From: Nemertoderma westbladi
Taxonomy: Eukaryota; Animalia; Xenacoelomorpha
Reading direction: 5' to 3'
NCBI GenBank assembly: GCA_032718475.1
Contig: JAUCBJ010002084.1
Coordinates: forward strand, 1 to 64,000
Length of the DNA: 64,000 nt
This document shows, piece by piece, positions 51,014 through 64,000 of the stretch. Within the stretch, counting starts at the first letter, position 1, and each line of letters begins with the position of its first letter. A program made the translations under genes and the position numbers. The notes beneath the pieces were generated by a model. The model ran no database searches. It saw only the letters and a program-made list of their open reading frames with translations, and had not been told where the DNA came from.

Positions 51014-51311
51014 GTTAGATTACTCTTATATTTTCTGTTAGGAATATTTATTTGTCGCAATATTTTACTTAATGTCAAAAGAAATATGTCATTTCATCTT
51101 CAGAACTTTATAGAGAACTTTATCAGAACTTCAGAAATTTATATGACAAACCGGAATTAATGTCATTTCTGATCTCTCAATGTTGCTCTACAGTGATCAC
51201 TGAATTTCAGCTTTTATTTGCAACTATAACTAAAACTATAGAAACTACTGTTGTATTTGGGCCGAGTAAATTAAAATTATGGAGATTAGCTTTGAAGTCA
51301 GCTTCTTGGTC

Positions 51312-54300
51312 ATGATTGTCTTACGGAATGTCCCATTATGTGGTTGGCTGATGGTCTTACGGAATGTCCCATTATGTGGTTGGCTGATGGTCTTACGGAA
51401 TGTCCCATTATGTGGTTGGCTGATGGTCTTACGGAATGTCCCATTATGTGGTTGGCTGATTGTCTTACGGAATGTCCCATTATGTGGTTGGCTGATGGTC
51501 TTACGGAATGTCCCATTATGTGGTTGGCTGATGGTCTGACGGAATGTCCCATTATGTGGTTGGCTGATGGTCTAGCGGAATGTCCCATTATGTGGTTTGC
51601 TGATGGTCTTACAGAATGTCCCATTATGTGGTTGGCTGATGGTCTGCCGGAATGTCCCATTATGTGGTTGGCTGATGGTCTGGCGGAATGTCCCATTATG
51701 TGGTTGGCTGATGGTCTTACAGAATGTCCCATTATGTGGCTGGCTGATGGTCTGGCGGAATGTACCATTCATTATGTGGTTGGCTGATGGTCTGGCGGAA
51801 TGTCCCATTATGTGGTTGGCTGATGGTCTGACGGAATTTCCCATTATTATTATTATTATTATTATTCACGTACACCAGTTACCTGGGAACAAAGTATGCA
51901 CTGTACTTACATAGATACATGGTGTAGATAGAGCACAATTTGTACTAATGGTTGAACATAAACGGCAGTAAAAGAAGGAACACCAAACAAAAACACCAAA
52001 ACCACAAAATTAGACAGATGAAACGTAATCCAATATAGATTTCAGCTCAATATTTGAAAAATTATCTACAGAAGCAACATTGGAGATCGCATCAATTAAT
52101 TCTCGTTGGGTTGGCTGATGGTCTTACAGAATGTCCCATTGTAGGGTTGGCTGATGGTCTTACGGAATGTCCCATTATGGGGTTTGCTGATGGTCTGGCG
52201 GAATGTCCCATTATGTGGTTGGCTGATGGTCTTACAGAATGTCCCATTATGTGGTTTGCTGATGGTCTGGCGGAATGTCCCATTATAGGGTTGGCTGATG
52301 GCCTGGCGGAATGTCCCATTATGGGGTTGGCTGATGGTCTTACAGAATGTCCCATTATGTGGTTTGCTGATGGTCTGGCGGAATGTCCCATTATGGGGTT
52401 GGCTGATGGTCTTACAGAATGTCCCATTATGGGGTTGGCTGATGGTTATACGGAATGTCCCATTATGTGGGTGGCTGATGGTCTAGCGGAATGTCCCATT
52501 ATGTGGTTGGCTGATGGTCTGGCGGAATGTACCATTATGTGGTTGGCTGATGGTCTGGCGGAATGTCCCATTATGTGGTTGGCTGATGGGCTGACGGAAT
52601 TTCCCATTATGGGGTTGGCTGATGGTCTTACAGAATGTCCCATTGTAGGGTTGGCTGATGGTCTTACGGAATGTCCCATTATGGGGTTTGCTGATGGTCT
52701 GGCGGAATGTCCCATTATGTGGTTGGCTGATGGTCTTACAGAATGTCCCATTATGTGGTTTGCTGATGGTCTGGCGGAATGTCCCATTATAGGGTTGGCT
52801 GATGGCCCGGCGGAATGTCCCATTATGGGGTTGGCTGATGGTCTTACAGAATGTCCCATTATGTGGTTTGCTGATGGTCTGGCGGAATGTCCCATTATGG
52901 GGTTGGCTGATGGTCTTACAGAATGTCCCATTATGGGGTTGGCTGATGGTTATACGGAATGTCCCATTATGTGGGTGGCTGATGGTCTAGCGGAATGTCC
53001 CATTATGTGGTTGGCTGATGGTCTTACAGAATGTCCCATTATGTGGTTGGCTGATGGTCTTACAGAATGTCCCATTATGTGGTTTGCTGATGGTCTGGCG
53101 GAATGTCCCATTATGGGGTTGGCTGATGGTCTTACAGAATGTCCCATTATGGGGTTGGCTGATGGTCTGTCGGAATGTCCCATTATGGGGTTGGCTGATG
53201 GTCTTACAGAATGTCCCATTATGGGGTTGGCTGATGGTCTTACGGAATATCTAATTTGTGGTTGGCTGATGGTCTTACGGAATGTCCCATTATAGGGTTG
53301 GCTGATGGTCTTACAGAATATCCCATTATGGGGTTGTCTGATGGTCTTACAGAATGTCCCATTATGGGGTTGGCTGATGGTCTTACGGAATATCTAATTT
53401 GTGGTTGGCTGATGATCTTACGGAATGTCCCATTATAGGGTTGGCTAATGGTCTTACGGAATGTCCCATTATGGGGTTTGCTGATGGTCTGGCGGAATGT
53501 CTCATTATGGGGTTGGGGTCTTACGGAATGTCCCATTATGGGGTTGGCTGATGGTCTTACAGAATGTCACATTATAGGGTTGGCTGATGGTCTTACGGAA
53601 TGTCCCATTATGGGGTTTGCTGATGGTCTGGCGGAATGTCCCATTATGCGGTTGGCTGATGGTCTTACAGAATGTCCCATCATGTGGTTTGCTGATGGTC
53701 TGGCGGAATGTCCCATTATGTGGTTGGCTGATGGTCTTACAGAATGTCCCATTATGTGGTTTGCTGTTGGTCTGGCGGAATGTCCCATTATGCGGTTGGC
53801 TGATGGTCTTACAGAATGTCCCATTATGTGGTTGGCTGATGGTCTGGCGGAATGTCCCATTATGTGGTTGGTTGATGGTCTGACGGAATTTCCCATTATG
53901 TGGTTGGCTGATGGTTATACGGAATGTCCCATTATGTGGGTGGCTTGATGGTCTAGCGGAATGTCCCATTATGTTGTTGGCTGATGGTCTGGCTGAATGT
54001 CCCATTATGTGGTTGGCTGATGGTCTTACGGAATGTCCCATTATGTGGTTTGCTGATGGTCTGGCGGAATGTCCCATTATGTGGTTGGCTGATGGTCTTA
54101 CAGAATGTCCCATTATGTGGTTTGCTGATGGTCTGGCGGAATGTCCCATTATAGGGTTGGCTGATGGCCTGGCGGAATGTCCCATTATGGGGTTGGCTGA
54201 TGGTCTTACAGAATGTCCCATTATGTGGTTTGCTGATGGTCTGGCGGAATGTCCCATTATGGGGTTGGCTGATGGTCTTACAGAATGTCCCATTATGGGG

Positions 54301-57300
54301 TTGGCTGATGGTTATACGGAATGTCCCATTATGTGGGTGGCTGATGGTCTAGCGGAATGTCCCATTATGTGGTTGGCTGATGGTCTTACAGAATGTCCCA
54401 TTATGTGGTTGGCTGATGGTCTTACAGAATGTCCCATTATGTGGTTTGCTGATGGTCTGGCGGAATGTCCCATTATGTGGTTGGCTGATGGTCTTACAGA
54501 ATGTCCCATTATGGGGTTGGCTGATGGTCTGGCGGAATGTCCCATTATAGGGTTGGCTGATGGCCTGGCGGAATGTCCCATTATGGGGTTGGCTGATGGT
54601 CTTACAGAATGTCCCATTATGTGGTTTGCTGATGGTCTGGCGGAATGTCCCATTATGGGGTTGGCTGATGGTCTTACAGAATGTCCCATTATGGGGTTGG
54701 CTGATGGTTATACGGAATGTCCCATTATGTGGGTGGCTGATGGTCTAGCGGAATGTCCCATTATGTGGTTGGCTGATGGTCTGGCGGAATGTACCATTAT
54801 GTGGTTGGCTGATGGTCTGGCGGAATGTCCCATTATGTGGTTGGCTGATGGGCTGACGGAATTTCCCATTATGGGGTTGGCTGATGGTCTTACAGAATGT
54901 CCCATTGTAGGGTTGGCTGATGGTCTTACGGAATGTCCCATTATGGGGTTTGCTGATGGTCTGGCGGAATGTCCCATTATGTGGTTGGCTGATGGTCTTA
55001 CAGAATGTCCCATTATGTGGTTTGCTGATGGTCTGGCGGAATGTCCCATTATAGGGTTGGCTGATGGCCCGGCGGAATGTCCCATTATGGGGTTGGCTGA
55101 TGGTCTTACAGAATGTCCCATTATGTGGTTTGCTGATGGTCTGGCGGAATGTCCCATTATGGGGTTGGCTGATGGTCTTACAGAATGTCCCATTATGGGG
55201 TTGGCTGATGGTTATACGGAATGTCCCATTATGTGGGTGGCTGATGGTCTAGCGGAATGTCCCATTATGTGGTTGGCTGATGGTCTTACAGAATGTCCCA
55301 TTATGTGGTTGGCTGATGGTCTTACAGAATGTCCCATTATGTGGTTTGCTGATGGTCTGGCGGAATGTCCCATTATGGGGTTGGCTGATGGTCTTACAGA
55401 ATGTCCCATTATGGGGTTGGCTGATGGTCTGTCGGAATGTCCCATTATGGGGTTGGCTGATGGTCTTACAGAATGTCCCATTATGGGGTTGGCTGATGGT
55501 CTTACGGAATATCTAATTTGTGGTTGGCTGATGGTCTTACGGAATGTCCCATTATAGGGTTGGCTGATGGTCTTACAGAATATCCCATTATGGGGTTGTC
55601 TGATGGTCTTACAGAATGTCCCATTATGGGGTTGGCTGATGGTCTTACGGAATATCTAATTTGTGGTTGGCTGATGATCTTACGGAATGTCCCATTATAG
55701 GGTTGGCTAATGGTCTTACGGAATGTCCCATTATGGGGTTTGCTGATGGTCTGGCGGAATGTCTCATTATGGGGTTGGGGTCTTACGGAATGTCCCATTA
55801 TGGGGTTGGCTGATGGTCTTACAGAATGTCACATTATAGGGTTGGCTGATGGTCTTACGGAATGTCCCATTATGGGGTTTGCTGATGGTCTGGCGGAATG
55901 TCCCATTATGCGGTTGGCTGATGGTCTTACAGAATGTCCCATCATGTGGTTTGCTGATGGTCTGGCGGAATGTCCCATTATGTGGTTGGCTGATGGTCTT
56001 ACAGAATGTCCCATTATGTGGTTTGCTGTTGGTCTGGCGGAATGTCCCATTATGCGGTTGGCTGATGGTCTTACAGAATGTCCCATTATGTGGTTGGCTG
56101 ATGGTCTGGCGGAATGTCCCATTATGTGGTTGGTTGATGGTCTGACGGAATTTCCCATTATGTGGTTGGCTGATGGTTATACGGAATGTCCCATTATGTG
56201 GGTGGCTTGATGGTCTAGCGGAATGTCCCATTATGTTGTTGGCTGATGGTCTGGCTGAATGTCCCATTATGTGGTTGGCTGATGGTCTTACGGAATGTCC
56301 CATTATGTGGTTTGCTGATGGTCTGGCGGAATGTCCCATTATGTGGTTGGCTGATGGTCTTACAGAATGTCCCATTATGTGGTTTGCTGATGGTCTGGCG
56401 GAATGTCCCATTATAGGGTTGGCTGATGGCCTGGCGGAATGTCCCATTATGGGGTTGGCTGATGGTCTTACAGAATGTCCCATTATGTGGTTTGCTGATG
56501 GTCTGGCGGAATGTCCCATTATGGGGTTGGCTGATGGTCTTACAGAATGTCCCATTATGGGGTTGGCTGATGGTTATACGGAATGTCCCATTATGTGGGT
56601 GGCTGATGGTCTAGCGGAATGTCCCATTATGTGGTTGGCTGATGGTCTTACAGAATGTCCCATTATGTGGTTGGCTGATGGTCTTACAGAATGTCCCATT
56701 ATGTGGTTTGCTGATGGTCTGGCGGAATGTCCCATTATGGGGTTGGCTGATGGTCTGTCGGAATGTCCCATTATGGGGTTGGCTGATGGTCTTACAGAAT
56801 GTCCCATTATGGGGTTGGCTGATGGTCTTACGGAATATCTAATTTGTGGTTGGCTGATGGTCTTACGGAATATCCCATTATGGGGTTGTCTGATGGTCTT
56901 ACAGAATGTCCCATTATGGGGTTGGCTGATGGTCTTACGGAATATCTAATTTGTGGTTGGCTGATGGTCTTACGGAATGTCCCATTATAGGGTTGGCTGA
57001 TGGTCTTACAGAATGTCCCATTATAGGGTTGGCTAATGGTCTTACGGAATGTCCCATTATGGGGTTTGCTGATGGTCTGGCGGAATGTCTCATTATGGGG
57101 TTGGGGTCTTACAGAATGTACCATTATGGGGTTGGCTGATGGTCTTACAGAATGTCACATTATGGGGTTTGCTGATGGTCTGGCGGAATGTCCCATTATG
57201 CGGTTGGCTGATGGTCTTACAGAATGTCCCATCATGTGGTTTGCTGATGGTCTGGCGGAATGTCCCATTATGTGGTTGGCTGATGGTCTTACAGAATGTC

Positions 57301-58507
57301 CCATTATGTGGTTTGCTGTTGGTCTGGCGGAATGTCCCATTATGCGGTTGGCTGATGGTCTTACAGAATGTCCCATTATGTGGTTGGCTGATGGTCTGGC
57401 GGAATGTCCCATTATGTGGTTGGTTGATGGTCTGACGGAATTTCCCATTATGTGGTTGGCTGATGGTTATACGGAATGTCCCATTATGTGGGTGGCTGAT
57501 GGTCTAGCGGAATGTCCCATTATGTTGTTGACTGATGGTCTGGCGGAATGTCCCATTATGTGGTTGGCTGATGGTCTGCCGGAATGTCCCATTATGGGGA
57601 TGGCTGATGGTCTGGCGGAATGTCTCATTATGGGGTTGGCTGATGGTCTTACGGAATGTCCCATTATGTGGTTGGCTGATGGTCTTACGGAATATCCCAT
57701 TATGTGGTTTGCTGATGGTCTGGCGGAATTTCCCATTATAGGGTTGGCTGATGGTCTTACGGAATGTCCCATTATGTGGTTGGCTGATGGTCTGACGGAA
57801 TGTCCCATTATGTGGTTGGCTGACAGTCTGGCAGAATGTCCCATTATGTGGTTGGCTGATGGTCTTACAGAATGTCCCATTATGTGGTTGGCTGATGATC
57901 TGGCGGAATGTCCCATTATGTGGTTGGCTGATGGTCTGGCGGAATGTCCCATTATGGGGTTGGCTGATGGTCTGGAGGAATGTCCCATTATGTGGTTAGC
58001 TGATGGTCTTACGGAATGTCCCATTATGTGGTTGGCTGATGGTCTTACGGAATGTCCTATTATGTGGTTGGCTGATAGTCTGGCGGAATGTCCCATTATG
58101 GGGTTGGCTGATGGTCTTACGGAATGTCCCATTATGTGGTTGGCTGATGGTCTTACGGAATGTCCTATTATGTGGTTGGCTGATAGTCTGGCGGAATGTC
58201 CCATTATGGGGTTTGCTGATGGTCTGGCGGAATGTCCCATTATGGGGTTGGCTGATGGTCTGGAGGAATGTCCCATTATGTGGTTAGCTGATGGTCTTAC
58301 GGAATGTCCCATTATGTGGTTGGCTGATGGTCTTACGGAATGTCCTATTATGTGGTTGGCTGATAGTCTGGCGGAATGTCCCATTATGGGGTTGGCTGAT
58401 GGTCTGGCGGAATGTCCCATTATGGGATTGGCTGATGGTCTGGCGGAATCTCCCATTATTGGGGTTGGCTGATAGTCTGGCGGAATGTCCCATTATGGGG
58501 TTGGCTA
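51312..58507. repeat. 36-bp minisatellite (~7 kb) filling unk intron 6, interrupted at ~51845-52107
   Basis: Unit GAATGTCCCATTATGTGGTTGGCTGATGGTCT(TAC/GGC)G. Identical ORF translations recur at offsets of 504 and 2262 bp. Confidence 0.98.
51843..52107 (-). mobile_element. 5'-truncated LINE 3' end inserted antisense into the 36-bp array
   Basis: Minus strand reads ...ELIDAISNVASVDNFSNIELKSILDYVSSV*, then a T-rich UTR and an (AAT)n tail, seen as (ATT)8 on + at 51843-51866. Confidence 0.6.
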
Positions 58508-58551
58508 TGTTATTACTCTTTTAGCGGTTGGTTGTTGCTTCTGTTTATTAG

Positions 58552-58809
58552 ATCCATTGCGATGAACCAAGTCATTCCCGACCGTTCCAGATGTCAGTAG
58601 GCGGTGAGCGAGTTGTCCAGACGATCCCGTCCCCTATCGGGCCGCCGGTTGGCCGTCGGAGCTATTCGGCCGGGGCCCACGATATGCACAACTTACTAAC
58701 CGCCCGTCGGCCCAACAAGGAGTTACGGGAGGCCGAACTACGCAAGCAGTTGGTGCAACTCGATGGTGACCCCTTTATGAACGAGACGGAACGAGCTCGA
58801 ATGAAACAG
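58552..58809 (+). CDS. unk: Unkempt coding exon 7; the gene continues beyond the window (C-terminal coiled-coil/RING not seen)
   Basis: IHCDEPSHSRPFQMSVGGERVVQTIPSPIGPPVGRRSYSAG...ELRKQLVQLDGDPFMNETERARMKQ; boundaries ttattag|ATC (phase 0) and CAG|gttggt. An in-frame acceptor at 58590 is also possible. Confidence 0.7.
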
Positions 58810-58881
58810 GTTGGTTGGAACCAGGCGGAACGGGCTAGAATGAAAAAGGGTGGTTGTAACGAGACGGAACGGGCTAGAATA
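58783..58881 (+). repeat. 39-bp x~2.5 repeat spanning the exon7/intron7 junction
   Basis: GAGACGGAACGAGCTCGAATGAAACAG|GTTGGTTGGAAC recurs at 58783, 58822 and 58861. Confidence 0.85.
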
Positions 58882-61800
58882 CAATAACTCAAACAGTTCC
58901 TGTGTAACTCAAACATTTCCTTTCCACAAACAATAACTCAAACAGTTCCTTTCCACAAACAGTAACTCAAACAGTTCCTGTCCACAAACAGTAGTAACTC
59001 AAACAGTTCCTTTCCACAAACAGTAACTCAACCTTTCCACAAACAGTAACTCAAACAGTTCCTGTCCACAAACAGTAACTCAAACAGTTCCTTTCCACAA
59101 ACAATAACTCAAACAGTTCCTTTCCACAAACAGTAACTCAAACAGTTCCTGTCCACAAACAGTAACTCAAACAGTTCCTTTCCACAAACAGTAACTCAAA
59201 CAGTTCCTTTCCACTAACAGTAACTCAAACAGTTCCTTTCCACAAACAGTAACTCAAACATTTCCTTTCCACAAACAGTAACTCAACCTTTCCACAAACA
59301 GTAACTCAAACAGTTCCTGTCCACAAACAGTAACTCAAACAGTTCCTTTCCACAAACAATAACTCAAACAGTTCCTTTCCACAAACAGTAACTCAAACAG
59401 TTCCTGTCCACAAACAGTAACTCAAACAGTTCCTTTCCACAAACAGTAACTCAAACAGTTCCTTTCCACAAACAGTAACTCAAACAGTTCCTTTCCACAA
59501 ACAGTAACTCAAACAGTTCCTTTCCACAAACAGTAACTCAAACAGTTCCTTTCCACTAACAGTAACTCAAACAGTTCCTTTCCACAAACAGTAACTCAAA
59601 CATTTCCTTTCCACAAACAGTAACTCAAACAGTTCCTTTCCACAAACAGTAACTCAAACAGTTCCTTTCCACAAACAGTAACTCAAACAGTTCCTTTCCA
59701 CAAACAATAACTCAAACAGTTCCTTTCCACAAACAGTAACTCAAACAGTTCCTGTCCACAAACAGTAACTCAAACAGTTCCTTTCCACAAACAGTAACTC
59801 AAACAGTTCCTTTCCACTAACAGTAACTCAAACAGTTCCTTTCCACAAACAGTAACTCAAACATTTCCTTTCCACAAACAGTAACTCAACCTTTCCACAA
59901 ACAGTAACTCAAACAGTTCCTGTCCACAAACAGTAACTCAAACAGTTCCTTTCCACAAACAATAACTCAAACAGTTCCTTTCCACAAACAGTAACTCAAA
60001 CAGTTCCTGTCCACAAACAGTAACTCAAACAGTTCCTTTCCACAAACAGTAACTCAAACAGTTCCTTTCCACTAACAGTAACTCAAACAGTTCCTTTCCA
60101 CAAACAGTAACTCAAACAGTTCCTGTCCACAAACAGTAACTCAAACAGTTCCTTTCCACAAACAGTAACTCAAACAGTTCCTTTCCACAAACAGTAACTC
60201 AAACAGTTCCTGTCCACAAACAGTAACTCAAACAGTTCCTGTCCACAAACAGTAACTCAAACAGTTCCTTTCCACAAACAGTAACTCAAACAGTTCCTTT
60301 CCACAAACAGTAACTCAAACAGTTCCTTTCCACAAACAGTAACTCAAACAGTTCCTTTCCACAAACAGTAACTCAAACAGTTCCTTTCCACAAACAGTAA
60401 CTCAAACAGTTCCTTTCCACAACAGTAACTCAAACAGTTCCTTTCCACTAACAGTAACTCAAACAGTTCCTTTCCACAAACAGTAACTCAAACAGTTCCT
60501 TTCCACAAACAGTAACTCAAACAGTTCCTTTCCACAAACAGTAACTCAAACATTTCCTTTCCACTAACAGTAACTCAAACAGTTCCTTTCCACAAACAGT
60601 AACTCAAACAGTTCCTTTCCACAAACAGTAACTCAAACAGTTCCTTTCCACAAACAGTAACTCAAACAGTTCCTTTCCACAAACAGTAACTCAAACAGTT
60701 CCTTTCCACTAACAGTAACTCAAACAGTTCCTTTCCACAAACAGTAACTCAAACATTTCCTTTCCACAAACAGTAACTCAAACAGTTCCTTTCCACAAAC
60801 AGTAACTCAAACAGTTCCTTTCCACAAACAGTAACTCAAACAGTTCCTTTCCACAAACAGTAACTCAAACAGTTCCTTTCCACAAACAGTAACTCAAACA
60901 GTTCCTTTCCACAAACAGTAACTCAAACAGTTCCTTTCCACAAACAGTAACTCAAACAGTTCCTTTCCACAAACAGTAACTCAAACAGTTCCTTTCCACA
61001 ACAGTAACTCAAACAGTTCCTTTCCACTAACAGTAACTCAAACAGTTCCTTTCCACAAACAGTAACTCAAACAGTTCCTTTCCACAAACAGTAACTCAAA
61101 CAGTTCCTTTCCACAAACAGTAACTCAAACAGTTCCTTTCCACAAACAGTAACTCAAACAGTTCCTTTCCACTAACAGTAACTCAAACAGTTCCTTTCCA
61201 CAAACAGTAACTCAAACAGTTCCTTTCCACAAACAGTAACTCAAACAGTTCCTTTCCACAAACAGTAACTCAAACATTTCCTTTCCACAAACAGTAACTC
61301 AAACAGTTCCTTTCCACTAACAGTAACTCAAACAGTTCCTTTCCACTAACAGTAACTCAAACAGTTCCTTTCCACAAACAGTAACTCAAACAGTTCCTTT
61401 CCACTAACAGTAACTCAAACAGTTCCTTTCCACAAACAGTAATTCAAACAGTTCCTTTCCACTAACAGTAACTCAAACAGTTCCTTTCCACTAACAGTAA
61501 CTCAAACAGTTCCTTTCCACAAACAGTAACTCAAACATTTCCTTTCCACAAACAGTAACTCAAACAGTTCCTTTCCACAAACAGTAACTCAAACATTTCC
61601 TTTCCACAAACAGTAACTCAAACAGTTCCTTTCCACAAACAGTAACTCAAACAGTTCCTTTCCACAAACAATAACTCAAACAGTTCCTTTCCACAAACAG
61701 TAACTCAAACAGTTCCTTTCCACAACAGTAACTCAAACAGTTCCTTTCCACTAACAGTAACTCAAACAGTTCCTTTCCACTAACAGTAACTCAAACAGTT

Positions 61801-64000
61801 CCTTTCCACAAACAGTAACTCAAACATTTCCTTTCCACAAACAGTAACTCAAACAGTTCCTTTCCACAAACAGTAACTTAAACAGTTCCTTTCCACTAAC
61901 AGTAACTCAAACATTTCCTTTCCACAAACAGTAACTCAAACAGTTCCTGTCCACAAACAGTAGTAACTCAAACAGTTCCTTTCCACAAACAGTAACTCAA
62001 CCTTTCCACAAACAGTAACTCAAACAGTTCCTGTCCACAAACAGTAACTGAAACAGTTCCTTTCCACAAACAGTAACTCAAACAGTTCCTTTCCACAAAC
62101 AGTAACTCAACCTTTCCACAAACAGTAACTCAAACAGTTCCTGTCCACAAACAGTAACTCAAACAGTTCCTTTCCACTAACAGTAACTCAAGCATTTCCT
62201 TTCCACAAACAGTAACTCAAACAGTTCCTGTCCACAAACAGTAGTAACTCTAACAGTTCCTTTCCACAAACAGTAACTCAACCTTTCCACAAACAGTAAC
62301 TCAAACAGTTCCTTTCCACAAACAGTAACTCAAACAGTTCCTTTCCACAAACAGTAACTCAAACAGTTCCTTTCCACAACAGTAACTCAAACAGTTCCTT
62401 TCCACTAACAGTAACTCAAACAGTTCCTTTCCACAAACAGTAACTCAAACAGTTCCTTTCCACAAACAGTAACTCAAACAGTTCCTTTCCACAAACAGTA
62501 ACTCAAACATTTCCTTTCCACTAACAGTAACTCAAACAGTTCCTTTCCACAAACAGTAACTCAAACAGTTCCTTTCCACAAACAGTAACTCAAACAGTTC
62601 CTTTCCACAAACAGTAACTCAAACAGTTCCTTTCCACAAACAGTAACTCAAACAGTTCCTTTCCACTAACAGTAACTCAAACAGTTCCTTTCCACAAACA
62701 GTAACTCAAACATTTCCTTTCCACAAACAGTAACTCAAACAGTTCCTTTCCACAAACAGTAACTCAAACAGTTCCTTTCCACAAACAGTAACTCAAACAG
62801 TTCCTTTCCACAAACAGTAACTCAAACAGTTCCTTTCCACAAACAGTAACTAAAACAGTTCCTTTCCACAAACAGTAACTCAAACAGTTCCTTTCCACAA
62901 CAGTAACTCAAACAGTTCCTTTCCACTAACAGTAACTCAAACAGTTCCTTTCCACAAACAGTAACTCAAACAGTTCCTTTCCACAAACAGTAACTCAAAC
63001 AGTTCCTTTCCACAAACAGTAACTCAAACAGTTCCTTTCCACAAACAGTAACTCAAACAGTTCCTTTCCACTAACAGTAACTCAAACAGTTCCTTTCCAC
63101 AAACAGTAACTCAAACAGTTCCTTTCCACTAACAGTAACTCAACCTTTCCACAAACAGTAACTCAAACAGTTCCTTTCCACAAACAGTAACTCAAACAGT
63201 TCCTTTCCACAAACAGTAACTCAAACAGTTCCTTTCCACAAACAGTAACTCAAACAGTTCCTTTCCACAAACAGTAACTCAAACAGTTCCTTTCCACTAA
63301 CAGTAACTCAAACAGTTCCTTTCCACAAACAGTAACTCAAACAGTTCCTTTCCACAAACAGTAACTCAAACAGTTCCTTTCCACAAACAGTAACTCAAAC
63401 ATTTCCTTTCCACTAACAGTAACTCAAACAGTTCCTTTCCACAAACAGTAACTCAAACAGTTCCTTTCCACAAACAGTAACTCAAACAGTTCCTTTCCAC
63501 AAACAGTAACTCAAACATTTCCTTTCCACAAACAGTAACTCAAACAGTTCCTTTCCACAAACAGTAACTCAAACAGTTCCTGTCCACAAACAGTAACTCA
63601 AACATTTCCTTTCCACAAACAGTAACTCAAACAGTTCCTTTCCACAAACAGTAACTCAAACAGTTCCTTTCCACAACAGTAACTCAAACAGTTCCTTTCC
63701 ACTAACAGTAACTCAAACAGTTCCTTTCCACAAACAGTAACTCAAACAGTTCCTTTCCACAAACAGTAACTCAAACAGTTCCTTTCCACAAACAGTAACT
63801 CAAACAGTTCCTTTCCACAAACAGTAACTCAAACAGTTCCTTTCCACTAACAGTAACTCAAACAGTTCCTTTCCACAAACAGTAACTCAAACAGTTCCTT
63901 TCCACTAACAGTAACTCAACCTTTCCACAAACAGTAACTCAAACAGTTCCTTTCCACAAACAGTAACTCAAACAGTTCCTTTCCACAAACAGTAACTCAA
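58881..64000. repeat. 29-bp satellite (>5.1 kb, runs off the window end) in unk intron 7
   Basis: Unit AAACAGTAACTCAAACAGTTCCTTTCCAC; very homogeneous; AAACAGT occurs twice per unit (12+17 substructure). Confidence 0.98.

Noticed and set aside
51279-58524. Long repetitive ORFs (MWLADGLTECPI)n up to 548 aa and their antisense versions
   Set aside because: A 36-bp unit is a multiple of 3, so several frames stay open by chance. The array has frameshifting indels and lies in unk intron 6 between phase-matched exons.
58521-58551. Alternative exon 7 acceptor at 58524
   Set aside because: It would bring in an in-frame TAG at 58549-58551.

Overview
Repeat-rich animal (invertebrate-type) genomic DNA; about 60% of the window is tandem repeat. 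1-10451 is the 3' part of a BEL/Pao LTR retrotransposon. It has a long gag-pol ORF, then an unusual ~4.4 kb extension holding an 18-copy hairpin array and a second 845-aa ORF with a DEDDy (WRN/Mut-7/EXD-like) 3'-5' exonuclease domain plus three CCHC zinc knuckles, then a PPT and 3' LTR. The LTR abuts the middle of an APE-RT LINE (10452-13584), so the BEL element probably inserted into it. Next come a small minus-strand Cys-rich, secreted/GPI-like gene (13951-14580), a 25 kb 59-bp satellite (14817-39690) and several TE relics (tRNA-derived/LTR-like segment, foldback, Polinton-like terminus). The rest is the first seven coding exons of an unkempt (unk/UNKL) CCCH zinc-finger gene (44825-58809), whose introns hold minisatellites and TE fragments. 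Tandem duplications repeatedly copy the unk splice junctions themselves. All calls come from reading the sequence; no database searches were run.
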